This document shows, piece by piece, positions 10,153-23,907 of a DNA stretch of 64,000 bases. The position numbers and the translations under genes were made by a program. The stretch spans positions 176,452,001 through 176,516,000 of the forward strand of contig OZ024742.1 of NCBI GenBank assembly GCA_964016885.1. The letters are read 5' to 3'. The notes beneath the pieces are model-generated. The model was not told the DNA's origin and ran no database searches. It saw only the letters and a program-made list of their open reading frames with translations. This stretch comes from Eledone cirrhosa (lineage: Eukaryota). Position 1 is the stretch's first letter, and each line of letters starts with the position of its first letter.

Positions 10153-13100
10153 CTCCTTGAGTCCCAGTCACTGATCTTAGTTAACTGGAAAGTTTGTTGG
10201 AATGAATATCAAGCCACTACCTGCAGCCTCAGATATTCAGGACGTATCGGAGGGTTCTTCCTGTTCCCAGCAAGCATGACTTTGGAAGCGTTCCAAAAAG
10301 CGTGAAGGGGCCGATTTATTTAACCCTCCCTGGAAACTTTTGGAGATAGTCCCTAGTGCGCCTATGACAATCGGGACCACTTTGACTTCATGGAAGTTCC
10401 AAATCCTTTTTACCTCCCACTTTAAGTCCTGGTATCGGTTAATTTTCTCCCTCACCTTCTCTTGCTATCGAGTGGGCAGGCCACATCCACAATCAGGCAC
10501 GATCTTTTTTCTTTGTCCACAACCACCAGGTCAGGTCTATTGTGTTCCAGTTTCTTGTCCGTCTGTATCCTAAAATCCCACAGCACCTTCACCTGATCGT
10601 TCTCTATCACCGCCTCTGGCTTATGCTCATACCATTTCTCAGAATGTGGTAAATTGTTTACTTTGCACAGGTGCTAGTGGATCACCCTGCCCATCACATC
10701 ATGTCTCCAGCCCTTATAGTGGGTCTGGGCTAGGTGTTTAAACTCGGATACAATCTGAGCCACAGTCTCCTCTCTCTCTCCACAGATCCTGCACAGTGGG
10801 CTAGCCTCCTCCTTGTAAATATGGTGTTTCAACCACTTCGTTTTGAGGGCCTGCTCCTGCGCAGCCATTAACATTCCTTCTGTAGTTTTTTAAGGTCTCT
10901 TCTTTTCAACCAGTTCCATGTCTGTGGATCTCTAAATTCAGTTTTCTCAAAGAAGGTACTATGAAGGGATTTTTCCTGAAGACTTCTCTTTCTCCTTGTT
11001 GTTATTTCCTCCTTGGACATCCCCTGGCCTATTGTCCCCTCCTTCAGTACATTTCTGAGCATTGGCTCCTTACTATCAGTCACGTATTTGTGTAGGTTGT
11101 TTTTCTCCATCTGAACACAGTCCTCTATGCTGATAAGACCTCTTCCACCCTCAGATCTCCTTAAGTAGAGTCTATCGACATCACTCCTCTTGTGGAACAT
11201 GTTGTAGATAGTCAATAGCTTCCTAGTCTTCCTATCCATTTCTTTTTGTTCAGCAACATTCCATCTCAGAATTCCCGCACTGTACCTAATAATAGACACA
11301 GCTCGGGAATTTACTGCACTTATGGCATTCCTACTGTTCAGATGTGACTTTAATAGGCTCCTTATTCTCCGAATGTATTCAGATCTTATCAAATACTTCA
11401 TCCTTTTGTTCTTGATGTCATCGGCCTCCAGAACACCCAAATACTTGTATCCTTCTTCAGTGTCAATTTCCTTTATCATCTCACCTGTTGGTACCTGGAT
11501 TCCGTTGCTTCTGCTCAATTTACCCCTCTTCATCACAATGACTCCACACTTACTAACACCAAATTGTATACATATATCATTGCTGAAAATACGGACAATG
11601 TCAACAAGCACATCCAACTCCTTCTCACTCTTTCCGAAGAGCTTAAGATCGTCCATGAAGAGGCGGTGATTGATGGTAAGCTCTCCCTTTCCCAACTTGT
11701 ATCCTGCTCTCACTTTTCGCAGTATAATGGTCAGGACCATCAGGGCAAAGACAAACAACAGAGGGGACAGGTTATCTCCCTGGAAGATACCTCTCTTGAT
11801 CTTCACGCTTCCCAAGGATTCCCCAGTTGATGTCAACTCTGTTTCCCAGGACTTCATACTTTTGCCCAACAACTGCCTGATGTTATCTGCCACCTTGAAG
11901 ATCTCCAGGCTTTTGGTGATCCAAGAATGAGGCACCATGTCAAATGCCTTTCTGTAGTCTATCCATCCCATGGCAATATCAGTGTGTCTCCTCTTGCAAT
12001 TCCCCATTACCATCTTATCAATAAGTAACTGGTCCTTTTTAACCACGTGACTTCTTTCGGCATCCTTTCTGTTCGTCCGGTAACAAGTTGTTTGTGTGGA
12101 GGTGATGGTAGATTTCCTCAGACACAATGCTTGTCAACAGTTTCCACATTACGGACAGACATGTGATTGCTCTATAGTTGGTAACATCATTACCCTTGAT
12201 TCGGCCTTTCATTATCAGAACTGTGGTACCTTTTGTCAACCACTCTGGTACCTCACCTGACATCAAGCAGTCATTGAACATGGTTGTCAGTTTCGGGTGG
12301 AGGGGTGTTATATTTTTAATCCAATACCCCTGCACACCATCTGGGCCTGGTGATTTCCAGTTGGTTAGTATTTTGGCCTGCCCCTTAAGAGTTTCAACTG
12401 TGATACTCAAATCAGTTTGTTGGTGTGCCTGTTCACTGATCTCCTTCCGTACTGTCTCAATCCACACTGCCTGGTCATTATGTTTAACATCCTGCTCCCA
12501 TATTCCTCTCCAGAATGTTTTAGTTTGTTCCGCCTCAGGGATCAAGTCGTTGCCTCTTTATTTCCCTTCAAGCTGTCCAAACAGCATCTTCTGGTTGTTG
12601 TCGAACATGCGGTTCTGTTTATACTGACTGACTCTGTTCTCGTATCGCCTGATTTTTGCACTCTTTGCTACAATGCGTTGCTTCAGTTGCTCTATGATAA
12701 TATTTAGCTTTTTCCTCCTAGTTTTGTACTTTATTTCCAGTCTATTTTTAGTGACTATGTTTTTTAGTGTCCCATTCAGTAGGGACTCAAGCTTTCCAAT
12801 GTCATTTCTCATTTCCCTGATTTGACCACTCAGTCGTTTCTTCCACCAAGGCTCTGCTCTTTCTTGTCTGTTGTTTCCTCTCGCTTTTATACCAAGTACT
12901 TTCCTCACCGTATTTGCTGTTGCTTTGAGGATATTGTTGCACTGGTGAAGGCTCCTCGCCTCAAGGTATGGGATGACTTTGTTTACCTTAGCTGTTGTTT
13001 CTTTTAACTTTTTCCTGTCTACAAATCTTAGGTTCATAGGTCTCCCACTGTCATTGTTCAATTCATCTACCACTAAATTTAGGATATCAACCAAATCTTG

Positions 13101-13770
13101 TCCTAGCCCGTCAGCATTCATCTCCTCAGTGGCTGTATCTCTGTTCCAGGTATTATTTATCTCAGTATTCAGATCATTGTCTGCTTCGGGTGGTTCCTCC
13201 GTTCTTTCGACCTCTTCACCTTCATTTCCCACTGGCTCGTTTGCCTGGCATACTCCATCCTCCATCTCCAAGCTAATCTCTCTGCTCAGTTCCTCCAGTT
13301 CCAGCTCGCTTATCCACCCATTAGTTCTTATTACCCGAGCCTTTCCGGCCAATTTTTGTTCATCTAATTTAAATAGACCAATCTCGTTCCAGATGTTATG
13401 CTTCCGTGTCCTATAGCCCCTCTCCTTGGGGTTACTTTTCAGGTAACATTGCATAACAGTTCTATTCAATTCTTTCGTCCAGTTGGTTCTGGTCCCTTTC
13501 CTTCTTCTTCTTCCTCCGACACCAGCAGTATTTGGTTGACAGCCATGTCCCAGCTGCTGAGCCAGGGAGCACCTGTTGGGTGAGAGTCTGTCACATGACG
13601 TTCCAGTCTCCATTTCACCGTTATTCGAACTGTTTAGGTTCGACATTTAAACACTCTTATCGAGGATTGGCGAATGTATGGTTACATAACCACCGGTGGA
13701 TTCACCGCCTCCGGTGGTTGCGTTACTCCACGTGGCTCTTGTGTGGCATTATCACGCTGTAGACGAACAC
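10153..13770 (-). mobile_element. R4/Dong-type RLE non-LTR element copy A, near full length, frameshifted
   Basis: ORF pieces 13646-12558, 12545-12039, 12127-10868, 10874-10674 and 10455-10237; RT LFMDD; CRICGEREETV zinc motif; RLE-end KYQDL-like and IVIGALG motifs; 3' end abuts (TAA)n; 5' boundary uncertain. Confidence 0.92.
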
Positions 13771-14034
13771 AAATAAACAAACAAACAAACAGGCAGAAAA
13801 AAACCCCAAAATGAATAAGCATAATTTTCATTGTAATCTAGTGTTCGATTGTCTGACTTAGTTTTTCCCTTCCTTTCTCTGTCCGTCCGTTTGTTTCTCT
13901 CTTCATTCTTATTTTCGTTACGTTTTTTTTTTAGTTGTTGTTGTTGTGCTGCTTTGATTTTGATTTTTGTTTTTTCTTTTGAGTCTATCTATATATTTTG
14001 ATGCCTTCCTCTTTTTTAGTAGGAATTCTACAAT

Positions 14035-14186
14035 GTGGTGGCGGTGCTGTGCTAGCAGCAACTAGCAGGAGGTAGTGGGGGAGAATAGCGGCGGTAGCGA
14101 TACTGAGGCAGTGGTGGTGGTGCTGTGCTAGCAGCAACTAGCAGGAGGTAGTGGGAGAGAATAGCGGCGGTAGCGATACTGAGGCA
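14035..14186. repeat. Tandem duplication of a 76-bp unit
   Basis: gtggtggcggtgctgtgctagcagcaac...gatactgaggca occurs twice (14035, 14111). Confidence 0.85.
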
Positions 14187-14401
14187 GTGGTGGTGGTGAT
14201 GTGGTCGTATTACTGTCGTGATGGTGTTGTAGTTGGGGTATAAATTTGAGTTGATTTGAACAGAGTTTTCATCGTGGTAGTGGTGGTGGTATTGGTGGTG
14301 AAATAATAATCTGTAGTCGTTTAGTCATTTTGCCATTTTCGACTCCAACATTCCTGATCCAAAATTAAATATTAATCTTGTTTATCAATATTGTCTAGTG
14401 A

Positions 14402-14402
<1 letters not shown>

Positions 14403-14471
<69 letters not shown>
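14403..14471. repeat. (ATT)n microsatellite at the 5' junction of Tx1 copy 2
   Basis: Direct inspection. Confidence 0.95.
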
Positions 14472-14680
14472 GGCGACCTACGTAGGAAATCGTATTATCG
14501 TGAGCTCCGCAAATGTTTGTTATTTCCGTTTGTTTAAAAATTGCCATTTATGGAAAATTTTATTGTAAACTGTTTATAAGCACACATACATTGTTTTCCG
14601 AAAAGGACACCCAAAAAGATTGGGGCCTTGTGCCCAAAATTTTAACTTTTATTATTATCCAAAAATTTCTTTGAAAAAAA

Positions 14681-16671
14681 ATGGCTAATTCCCCTCTGCA
14701 CGAAGCAGCTGAAAGCCTTCCTCACAAAATAACACCTCACACCGACACCACCATTGTAAATGTTACTACGTTTGCCAACACAAAAAAAAATATAAGCAGT
14801 AGCAATATTTTAAATTTGTCTCAGGAAGACATTCATTTCCCGCCATTACCAATGACTGCAGGTGTTAAAGCCTCCACCACCACCACCACCGCGACAACCA
14901 CCACCACCACCACCACCACCACCACCGCGACAACAGAAACAAAAGAAGAAAAAAATAAAGTAACTCGTGACGTCGAAATGAAATCAAGCAAAATGGACTC
15001 TTCCCCACCAAAGACGACTGACCTCAGCACCACCACAACTGAAAATAAAATTAATATTAACGCTAGCAACAACAACAACAATGACATTATAAAACCGACC
15101 CTCAGTTTCGCCATCGTAGCAAAACAATTCGAAGCGTTCACGGTAACTCAAGAAGATTTAGAAAATGCCAAACAAATGGTAAAGAAAGATGGGTACAGGG
15201 TCAGCCTCACTCCCCCACCTAATAAAATGGAGCATCGGCGCCTATGCACCGTGTCGTATAGAACAATAAATGTAAAATCGCGCCGAGTGGAACGGGCATC
15301 CGAGTCCCAAATCCAAAAAGCTTTGGGACATGTGTGGGCAAGAAAAACCCACATCAGACGTGGGCAAAAGTATGGAACCGTGGATGTGTTCTTTGAAACA
15401 CCAGAGGAGGCTAGAGAACACTCCATGGCCCCATGAAAAAGTGACGACTTCGCACTCGTCCCAAGCTATTGTCGCCAGAGACTCGTAAAGATCAGGGTGA
15501 CCCACGTTCCACCGGCCATCGAAATTCCCTGGCTAATAGCGGCTGTCATCGCCGGCATCGAGGCCAACACGAAAATAATAACAATAGCAAAAGAAAAGCA
15601 GGAAAACTGGTCCGGATCTGGGATGGAGCTCCTGATCCAAGCGGACCAAAAAAGCATTGAGGAGATCCCAGAGGTAATAGACCTCACTGACGGCAGCCAC
15701 CTCACGTAATTGTCGAGGGCAGAAGACCTAGGTGTGTCGTTTGTGGTGAAGGAACCCACCTAAGGGCTTTCTGCCCTCAGGCTAAAAGGTTGAGGCCACC
15801 TCTCCTACCCACCCCAGTGACACAACCATCAACACCACCAGTAGCAGAGATGCCAGCAACAACTGTAGCAGCAACAACAGAAGCAACTATAACAGCAACA
15901 ACCCCAGCAACAGTAGCAAAACCAACACCACTACCACCACCAGCAAAACCAACACCACCACCACCCAACGCTTCAGAACTAGCACCAGCGCCTACACCAT
16001 CCACCACACCACAACCAAAACTAACGGCTGTGGAGGATTTTCCACTCCCCGGCCTATCACAACTGGAGACAGATTGTGACGACGAGGAGTGGGAAACGAT
16101 ATCCGGAAAAAAAAAAAGAAACCAAAAAAGAAAAAAGTCTCTTCCTTCCCCCTCCAAAAACAAAATACAGAGGGAAACAAATAAACTAAGAAACAAAAAA
16201 GTTAGGACAGATATGCCACCATCCACACCAGCATCACCAACCCCATCAACCCAAACACCAACACCATCACCATCATTAACTCCAACACCACCATCACCTA
16301 CACCACAAAAGTCACCAAAATGCGAAACAGAAACAAACCCACAACAAACGCAAACAAAACAAAACAACCAAAACGATACACACTACACAGCATTAAATTT
16401 GAACAAGCAATTATTGCACTACATCCAACACAACACCAGCATCACAGAAAAAGACTACACAACAACCCCAAAATTCACACCACCTCCACACATACAAATC
16501 ACTCGCATCACACAGAAAACGTACATGACACTAAAACAAAAATTCCCCAAAGACATCGGAGACTTCCGACAAGCACTCTCCAGGAGGATTTATAAGGACA
16601 TCCTTCCTGAGGAGGCCACAAGCAGTGAAAAGGATGGAAAAACCGTCCTTCCCCTACGAGAAGTAAGGTAA
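14681..16671 (+). pseudogene. Tx1 ORF1 (gag-like) with CCHC knuckle, frameshifted
   Basis: Pieces 14681-15436, 15497-15709 and 15721-16671; CVVCGEGTHLRAFC (CX2CX4HX4C) at 15733-15774; Pro/Thr-rich linker and basic tract. Confidence 0.85.
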
Positions 16672-16705
16672 GTGGTCTTTCCCATCTTTTCCACTCCTTT
16701 TCAAC

Positions 16706-19700
16706 ATGACCTCACTCAGAATAGGCAGCATAAATGCGCGTGGCTTGGGGTCGTCATGGAAGCAGGGCCACCTGCTCAACGACCTCAGGTCACTAAACAT
16801 AGATGTAGTGGCCATCAGCGAGACCAGAATCTCCGAAGCACAGGCTTTCGCACCGATCTTCGGCGGCTACGATGTGTACGCAAATCCCAGCCGTCCGGGA
16901 TCGGGGGGAGGAGTTGCTGTGCTTTTTCGGAGAGGTTTGGATCTTGCCATACGGGCCATCTTCCTGGACCCAGAAGGTAAGTTGGTGGTGCTGGACGTGA
17001 CCAGTGGAGACGGGCAAGCTTTCAGGTTAGTGGCCGTCTATGCCCCGACAGGAGCAGGGCGGCCTGATTTCTTCCGGCGTCTGGAGACCTTTCTTGGAAC
17101 GTCCCGCTCTTTAGTGTTAGTGGGCGACTGGAACGGGATCTTAGATGCACGCTGGGATTATGTGGGATTAGTGGATAGGGAAGGAGGGTGCAAGAGTCTC
17201 ACCAACCTGCTCAGACGTTTTGAACTGTCTGACAGGTACCGAATGGATTTCCCGAATGTACCAATGTGGACTTGGACAAATCGCATAGGGTCATCCAGAT
17301 CATATCTAGATAGAGTATTTTGTAGGGAAATAGATAGGTCTAGCATAGGCTGTCCACAATTCAAGATAGTCAGCTACACGGACCACAAATTCGTGATCTG
17401 TGTGCTTGACTTAGATAGGCTTCATAGACGAGGACCCGGCTACTGGAAGTTAAACGCGTCCTTACCAGCGCGCAAGGCCTACAGAGACCGGATTAGCGAA
17501 CTAGTTAAGCGGGCGTTGACGGGGGCCATCGTCAACAACAAGTGGTGGTTTGCTCTGAAAAGAGCAATTAGAATAGAGTCCATTAGGTTTAGTAAGACTT
17601 TAGCAAGAGAGAAAAATAGAGCAGAGGGAGAATTAGTTAGAAAATTAGATGAGGCGCTTAGCAAAGGCATCGCGACCGACGTACTTGCGGCGAAATTGGC
17701 CCTTGACCAATTCTTCAATGCAAAGCACGAAGGCTGCGTTGTCAGAGCTAGGGTGCGTGCTCTCAGACACGAGGGGACGAAATCCGTTCAATGGGCCCGA
17801 GTGGCGGAGGCGCGTCGTGGCAACAAAGCCACGATCCGGTCTTTGGTGGACCACGACGGGCGCATGCTACTCGATCCCGGGCAAATGTGTGAAGATTTTC
17901 AGCGACACTTCGCTCAACTGTTCGGGGGGCAGTGGCGGGCCGGATCGAGGGGGGACTTTAGTGTCTACCTCGACGGACTGCCGCGGCTTTCGGCCACTGA
18001 GGCGGAGTGTTGCGAAAAGCCGATAACAACCGCTCAAGTACGGGATCCAATGACTAGTTGCACAAGGGGTAAATCGCCTGGTTTGGATGGTCTGCCCTAT
18101 GAACTTTACGTACAAATGCCAAACTTGTTCGGAGGCCTCTTGGCGGACGTCTACTGCAACTGGCAACAGAACGGGAGAATTCCCAGCTCTGTGAGCCGAG
18201 GAGCGGTGGCGCTGCTGAGAAAGGATCCGAACAAGGGGGATAACATAGATAATTTTAGGCCCATAACTCCGCTAAACACAGAGTTCAAGATTTTGGCCAA
18301 GGTGCTAGCAAAGAGGTTGGCGCTTGTCGTTGGTGGTCTGGTGGGAGAGGCACAGACATGGGCCATTCCCGACAGATCCATCCACGACAACCTCCACCTC
18401 ATGCGATACATCGTAGAGAGGGTAGCTAGGGAACCTGGCACGGGTGGGTCTTTGATCAATTTAGATCAGTCGAAAGTCTTCGATAGGGTCGACCATCGTT
18501 ACCTAACGGCAGTCCTGAGGGCGGCTGGCTTTGGGCCCGTCTTAAGAGGCTGGATCGCTGCCATGCACAGCGACATCTGCTCTGTAGTGAGAGTGAACGG
18601 TCACCTTTCGGAACCGTTCAACATCATGCACTCGGTCCGCCAAGGATGTCCCCTCTCGTCCCTATTGTACGTATTGACTCTCGAGCGATTACTGCACAAA
18701 CTGGAGACGTTGAGGGGGGTCCCGCGCGAACTAGGATGCGGAAGATCCGTGTCAGCATATGCCGACGATGTCACCGTAGTGGTGTCGAACGCCAAACACA
18801 TCGAGGCGATCGGCACTACACTAAGAGAATACGAAGCGGTGACAGGAGCAATGATCAACCAGGAAAAGTCAGTGGGCCTGCAGCTCGGCACCTGGAGAGG
18901 CAGGTCCATGCCGTCCAACAGCGTCGTCGGGCGCTGGACGGACGGACCGGTTAAATAGCTAGGGGTCTGGTTCGGTCCAGATCTCCAGACGGACAAAAAC
19001 TGGGACGAGGTGACGAGCAGGGTGGCTTCTCTCACCCAGAAATGGGCGGAGAGGAAGCTATCCCTGAAAGGTCGAGCGGAGGTGGCGAATGCGTACATCG
19101 CATCCGTCATCTACTACCGTCTGACCGTCGTACCTTGTCCTAAGCCCCGCCTGACTGCGCTGGAGCGTTTGCTCTTTCGCTTTTTGTGGAAGGGACGCGC
19201 TCCGATGGTCAGGCGGTCCATCTGCTGTCAACACCCGCTACGTGGAGGGCTGGGCATGCTGTGGCTGATGATGCGCAGACACGCGCTCAGGCTACGGCAT
19301 CTCCACCTCTTCCTCGACGGTGATCAGGTGTGGTCGCCGTTTGCAAGACACGTTTTTCCCCAGCTCGTCTCCTTGACGGAGCTGCAGTCCTGGGTCAAGC
19401 GAAGACCGAGAGGGAGCGCTTGGAGACTGGAATGTCTTCAGGCGCTCACAGCCCTCGACCAATCGGGCAATGTGATCGGTGGAAACTCCACCTTGGCGTT
19501 CTATAGGGGATTAGTGGAGGGGAAGAGCGACGACGTACTTGGAGAAACTCTAGGCGTCGACGAAAATCAACTAGCCAATCTCTTCGGAAGGGCTTTCGGG
19601 CCGGGGCCTATGGACAACTTCCAGAAATCCCTGGCCTGGCAGTGCTACCGAGGAGCTTTGCCAGTTCGGGATAAACTCTACAGGCATGGAGGTGCCGTCA

Positions 19701-20125
19701 GCCGGGCATGTCCGAGATGCGCGCAGGGCGACGAAACCGTCCTGCACGCACTCGTTCAGTGTCCGAGCATTGCTGACTTGTGGGTTTATGTCGAACACCT
19801 GCTGTCACGTGTAGGACCTATCCAGCTATCTGCTGAGTCCATCATGAGGATTGCCCCGCCCCCTTCCTTTAGCCTGGAAGGGCAGGCAGTTTTTATCTGT
19901 CTGGTGGCCATGGCGAAAGAGATAGTATGGTGGACACGTTTGAAAGGGCTGAAGACGAGCACGTACCTCTTCGGTGATGCCCTGATTAACTTTTTCAAAT
20001 TTCATTTGAAAACGAAAATCAGGGTAGAGAGGGAAGTGCTCTCTTCCCAGCATTTTGTTGAAAGATGGGTGAGAGAAGCAAGTATGGCCCGAATGAATGG
20101 GCCTTCTCTGAGTATGTGTCTGTAA
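16706..20125 (+). pseudogene. Tx1 ORF2 (APE-RT-zinc finger) with a single in-frame TAG at 18956
   Basis: 16706-18958 and 19010-20125 are in the same frame; copy 1 has TTG at the equivalent codon; SYLDR, TDH, GYWKLN, NFRPI, YADD, CPRC-x8-H-x4-C. Confidence 0.95.
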
Positions 20126-20366
20126 ATTAAAGGTGGAAAACTGGGAGAGGGCACTTGCCCTGGTGGTCAGGGCCACCGTGGTCTTTTAATGGGCTTTCTC
20201 CACAAATGTCCCTTGGAAGTCTCCCCCCTATTGGGGAATTTTTCTTTGTTATTTTATTTCAACCTCTTTTTTTTACACGCAGAAATGCCCATTTGTACCG
20301 TCCTGTATTGTCCTGTACTGTCCTTAATGTCTACTTTATGTGAACCCTTGTGGTTAATAAAGAAAA

Positions 20367-20411
<45 letters not shown>

Positions 20412-20449
20412 CATTCATCATATTTTCATTGGGTGTTGTCTCTGCATTA

Positions 20450-20608
20450 CGAAGCACAAGAGCATCCAGCCGTAGAAAACCTGCCAGACAGTCCTATATG
20501 AGCGAGACACGGTCACCCAACCAATCTTGCCTCAAGTGGGACAATTCCCGTCTAAACCCATGCTAGCATGGAAGATAGACGTTAAACGATGATGATGAGG
20601 ATGATGAG
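20450..20608 (+). mobile_element. Short copy of the RTE 3' end (truncated LINE, or tail of an RTE-dependent SINE)
   Basis: Aligns with 3625-3765 (gcatccagccgtagaaaacctgccagacagtccta...acccatgctagcatgg...gacgttaaacgatgatg). Confidence 0.85.
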
Positions 20609-20614
20609 CCCTAT

Positions 20615-20923
20615 GTGTCTTGGGTATGTGCAGTGTTGTGTTTGGTATGGTTATATCAATTTTATTAAAAGTAATCTTCAAAATGTATGTGGAGCATTCT
20701 ATATGCTGTATATATTTGTATGTCCTGAGGTTTTGGTTATGTATTTGTCAGTGTGTTTTGTTATCACTCCAACAGCACCTATTAGTACAAGGATTGTTGC
20801 GGTTTTATCATTCACTTCTGGGTTATTTCTGTCTCCAGTCCTTTATATTTGAATAACCTGTCCATTTCCTTGATAGCTGTATTGTTATCTAAGGGGATTA
20901 ATGCATCAACTATTATGATTATT
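20615..20923 (-). mobile_element. Decayed RLE-domain 3' fragment of an R4/Dong-type element
   Basis: IVDALIPLDNN..KE....KYKGLETEI and VLIGAVG match the RLE C-terminal pattern. Confidence 0.65.
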
Positions 20924-21571
20924 GATGTGCGCAGGGTGGCGTAACCATTCTGCAAACACTCATTGTGTGTCCGAGTATTGCTGATCTGTGGGTTTATGTT
21001 GAACACCTGCTGTCACATGTGGGATGTATCCAGCTACCAACTGAGTCCTTTGTGAAGATCACACCGCTATCTTCCTATAGCGGGGAATGACAGGCAGTTT
21101 TTATCTGCCTTGACACTACGGCAAAAAAGGTTGTGTGGTAGATGTGCTTGAAAATCTTGGAGACAAGCACATTCCTCTTCAGCAAAGTGCTAATTAACTG
21201 AAGAGAAAAATAAGGTTTGAGAAGGAAATGTTGCCTTCCCAGCAATGTGTTGAAAGGTTGGTGAGAGAGGGGAGCTTGGTTCGAGTGAATGGGCATGCTC
21301 TGAGTATGCACCTGTAATATCGATAGTATCTGAGAAAGAGCACTTGCATTAGTGGCCAAGGTTATGGCTTTCTCCATGAGTGTCCCTCAGAGGTATCCCC
21401 TCTTTTGTGGAATTTGTTATGTTTTATTTTAAATGTTTATTCTATAGTCTTCTTTATAAACCTTTCCCTGGCACAAAATAACCCAAACTGTACTGTTCTG
21501 TACCATCCTTATTGTCATCTTAATGTAAGCGATGTGTGGATAATAAAGAAACCATTATTATTATCATTATT
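20924..21571 (+). mobile_element. Older 5'-truncated Tx1-family 3' fragment
   Basis: Aligns with 19715-20370; ends aataaagaaaccattattatt. Confidence 0.85.
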
Positions 21572-22550
21572 AGTGGATTGGGAGTATCGGTAGAGGGTCG
21601 GACGCCATGCTTTCCAGCATAGTTACGTCCCTTTATGATCTGAGTTCAAATCCCGCCGAGGTTGACTTTGCCTTTCATCCTTACGGGGTGGATAAAATAA
21701 AGAACCAGTAATGCACTGGTAATTGCTGGCCTTGTGCCTAAAGTAGAAATAATTATTATTATTACTATGGGCGGTGGATTGGCAGTATCGGTAGAGGGTC
21801 GGACGCCATGCTTTCCACCATAGTTACGTCCCTTTACGATCTGAATTCAAATCCCGCCGAGGTTGACTTTGCCTTTCATCCTTACGGGGTCGATAAAATA
21901 AAGTACCAGTAATGCACTGGTAATTGCTGGCCTTGTGCCTAAAGTAGAAATAATAATTATTATTACTATGGGCGGTGGATTGGCAGTATCGGTAGAGGGT
22001 CGGACGCCATGCTTTGCAGCAAAGAGTTACGGCCCTTTATGATCTGAGTTCAAATCCCGCCAGGGTTAACTTTGCCTTTCATCCTTACGGGGTGGATAAA
22101 ATAAAGTACCAGTAATACACTGGGATAATTGCCGGCCTTGTGCCAAAAGTAGAAATAATAATTATTATTACTATGGATTTGCAGTATCGGTAGAAGGTCG
22201 GACGCCATGCTTTGCAGCATAGAGTTACGACCCTTTACAGTCTAAGTTCAATACCTGCCGAGGTCAACTTTGCCTTTCATCCTTACGGGGTCGATAAAAT
22301 AAAGTACCAGTAATGGACTGGTTGATTGCTTGCCTTGTGCCAAAAGAAGAAACAATTATTATTATTGGCAGCATAGAGTTACGGCCTTTTACGTTCTGAG
22401 TTCAAATCCTGTTGAGGCTAGATTTGCCTTTCATCATTATGAGGTCGATAAAATAAAGCACCAGTAATGCACTGGGGTAGATTTAATCAACTTTCCTCTC
22501 TCCCAAAATTGCTGGCCTTGTGCCAAAAGTAGAAAAAATTATTATATTTA
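21572..22550 (+). mobile_element. Head-to-tail array of five tRNA-derived SINEs (~200 bp each), family 1
   Basis: A box tggcagtatcgg, B box gagttcaaatcc, core ctttgcctttcatccttacggggtcgataaaataaagtaccag, (ATT)n tails; units start near 21572, 21770, 21970, 22173 and 22366. Confidence 0.9.
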
Positions 22551-22994
22551 TTATCATTATTATCATCATCATCATCAGTATCATCGTCACCATTATTTTC
22601 TTCGTTGAAATGGTTAGATTTCACCTCATGTCCACATCTTTTCTCTCCTCTCTGTTTCCCGTCTCTAACAGCATGGTGTCAAACCAATATAGGTATAATT
22701 ATAAAGCAAAATGAAAACCAAAAAAATATTAAAAAAAAAAAAGAAATGGAAATTGAAAAGTAAAGGTGATTTCTAACTTGATAGAACCCGGATTTAGGAA
22801 TATTTTCGTCATTGCTATTGTTTGTTGACGCCAAAGGGAATACATATTCTTTTACCAATATATCCTGGAAACAAACAAACAAACTTCTAATTAATATAAC
22901 AAAAAACTAAGAAATATAAAAACATCATATGTTTTAGTTTGCCATTCTGTACATGTTTTCGATTGTATCTGGGTTTTCATAAAACATTTTAAAA

Positions 22995-23208
22995 GTGTAT
23001 GTGTGTGTATATATATATATATATGTGGGTGTATGTGTGTCTATGTGTGCGTGTGTGTGTGTGTATTTAATAAATATATTGCATATATAAATAAATATAT
23101 TGCATACATAGGTGAATATATATATATATACATATATATATATATGTATATATATAAATATGTATATATTTATATTTAATATATGTATGCACACACACAC
23201 AAATATAC

Positions 23209-23285
<77 letters not shown>

Positions 23286-23368
23286 TGTATGTCTATGTGT
23301 GTGTGTGTGTGTGTGTATTTAATAAATATATTGCATATACGTATAAATAAATATATTGCATACATAGG

Positions 23369-23426
<58 letters not shown>

Positions 23427-23559
23427 AATATGTATATATTTATATTTAATATATGTATGCACACACACACAAATATACCTGTATATATATATATATATAT
23501 ATAAATAAATATGTATATATTTATATTTAATATATGTATGCACACACACACACATATAC

Positions 23560-23596
<37 letters not shown>

Positions 23597-23659
23597 CCTA
23601 TTTATGCAATATATTTATTTATATATATATATATGTATATATATATGTATGTATATATG

Positions 23660-23726
<67 letters not shown>

Positions 23727-23727
23727 G

Positions 23728-23826
<99 letters not shown>

Positions 23827-23875
23827 ATATATATGTATATATATATATTTATATATATGTATATATTTATATGTG

Positions 23876-23907
<32 letters not shown>

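Larger units (their letters stand above)
14472..20410 (+). mobile_element. Tx1/L1-clade LINE copy 2, apparently full length, with (ATT)n on both sides
   Basis: 5' UTR, ORF1, ORF2, AATAAA at 20356 and (ATT)n tail. Confidence 0.95.

Noticed and set aside
13647-13770. Possible HDV-like ribozyme at the R4 5' end
   Set aside because: A hairpin (aaccaccgg...ccggtggtt) exists, but I could not assemble the nested double pseudoknot by eye; an Infernal/RNArobo search would decide
18956-18958. Programmed readthrough in Tx1 ORF2
   Set aside because: Copy 1 has TTG at this codon, so it is a simple nonsense mutation
21572-22550. tRNA gene cluster or CRISPR-like array
   Set aside because: A and B boxes but no cloverleaf; whole units repeat with SINE core and tails; no unique spacers or cas genes
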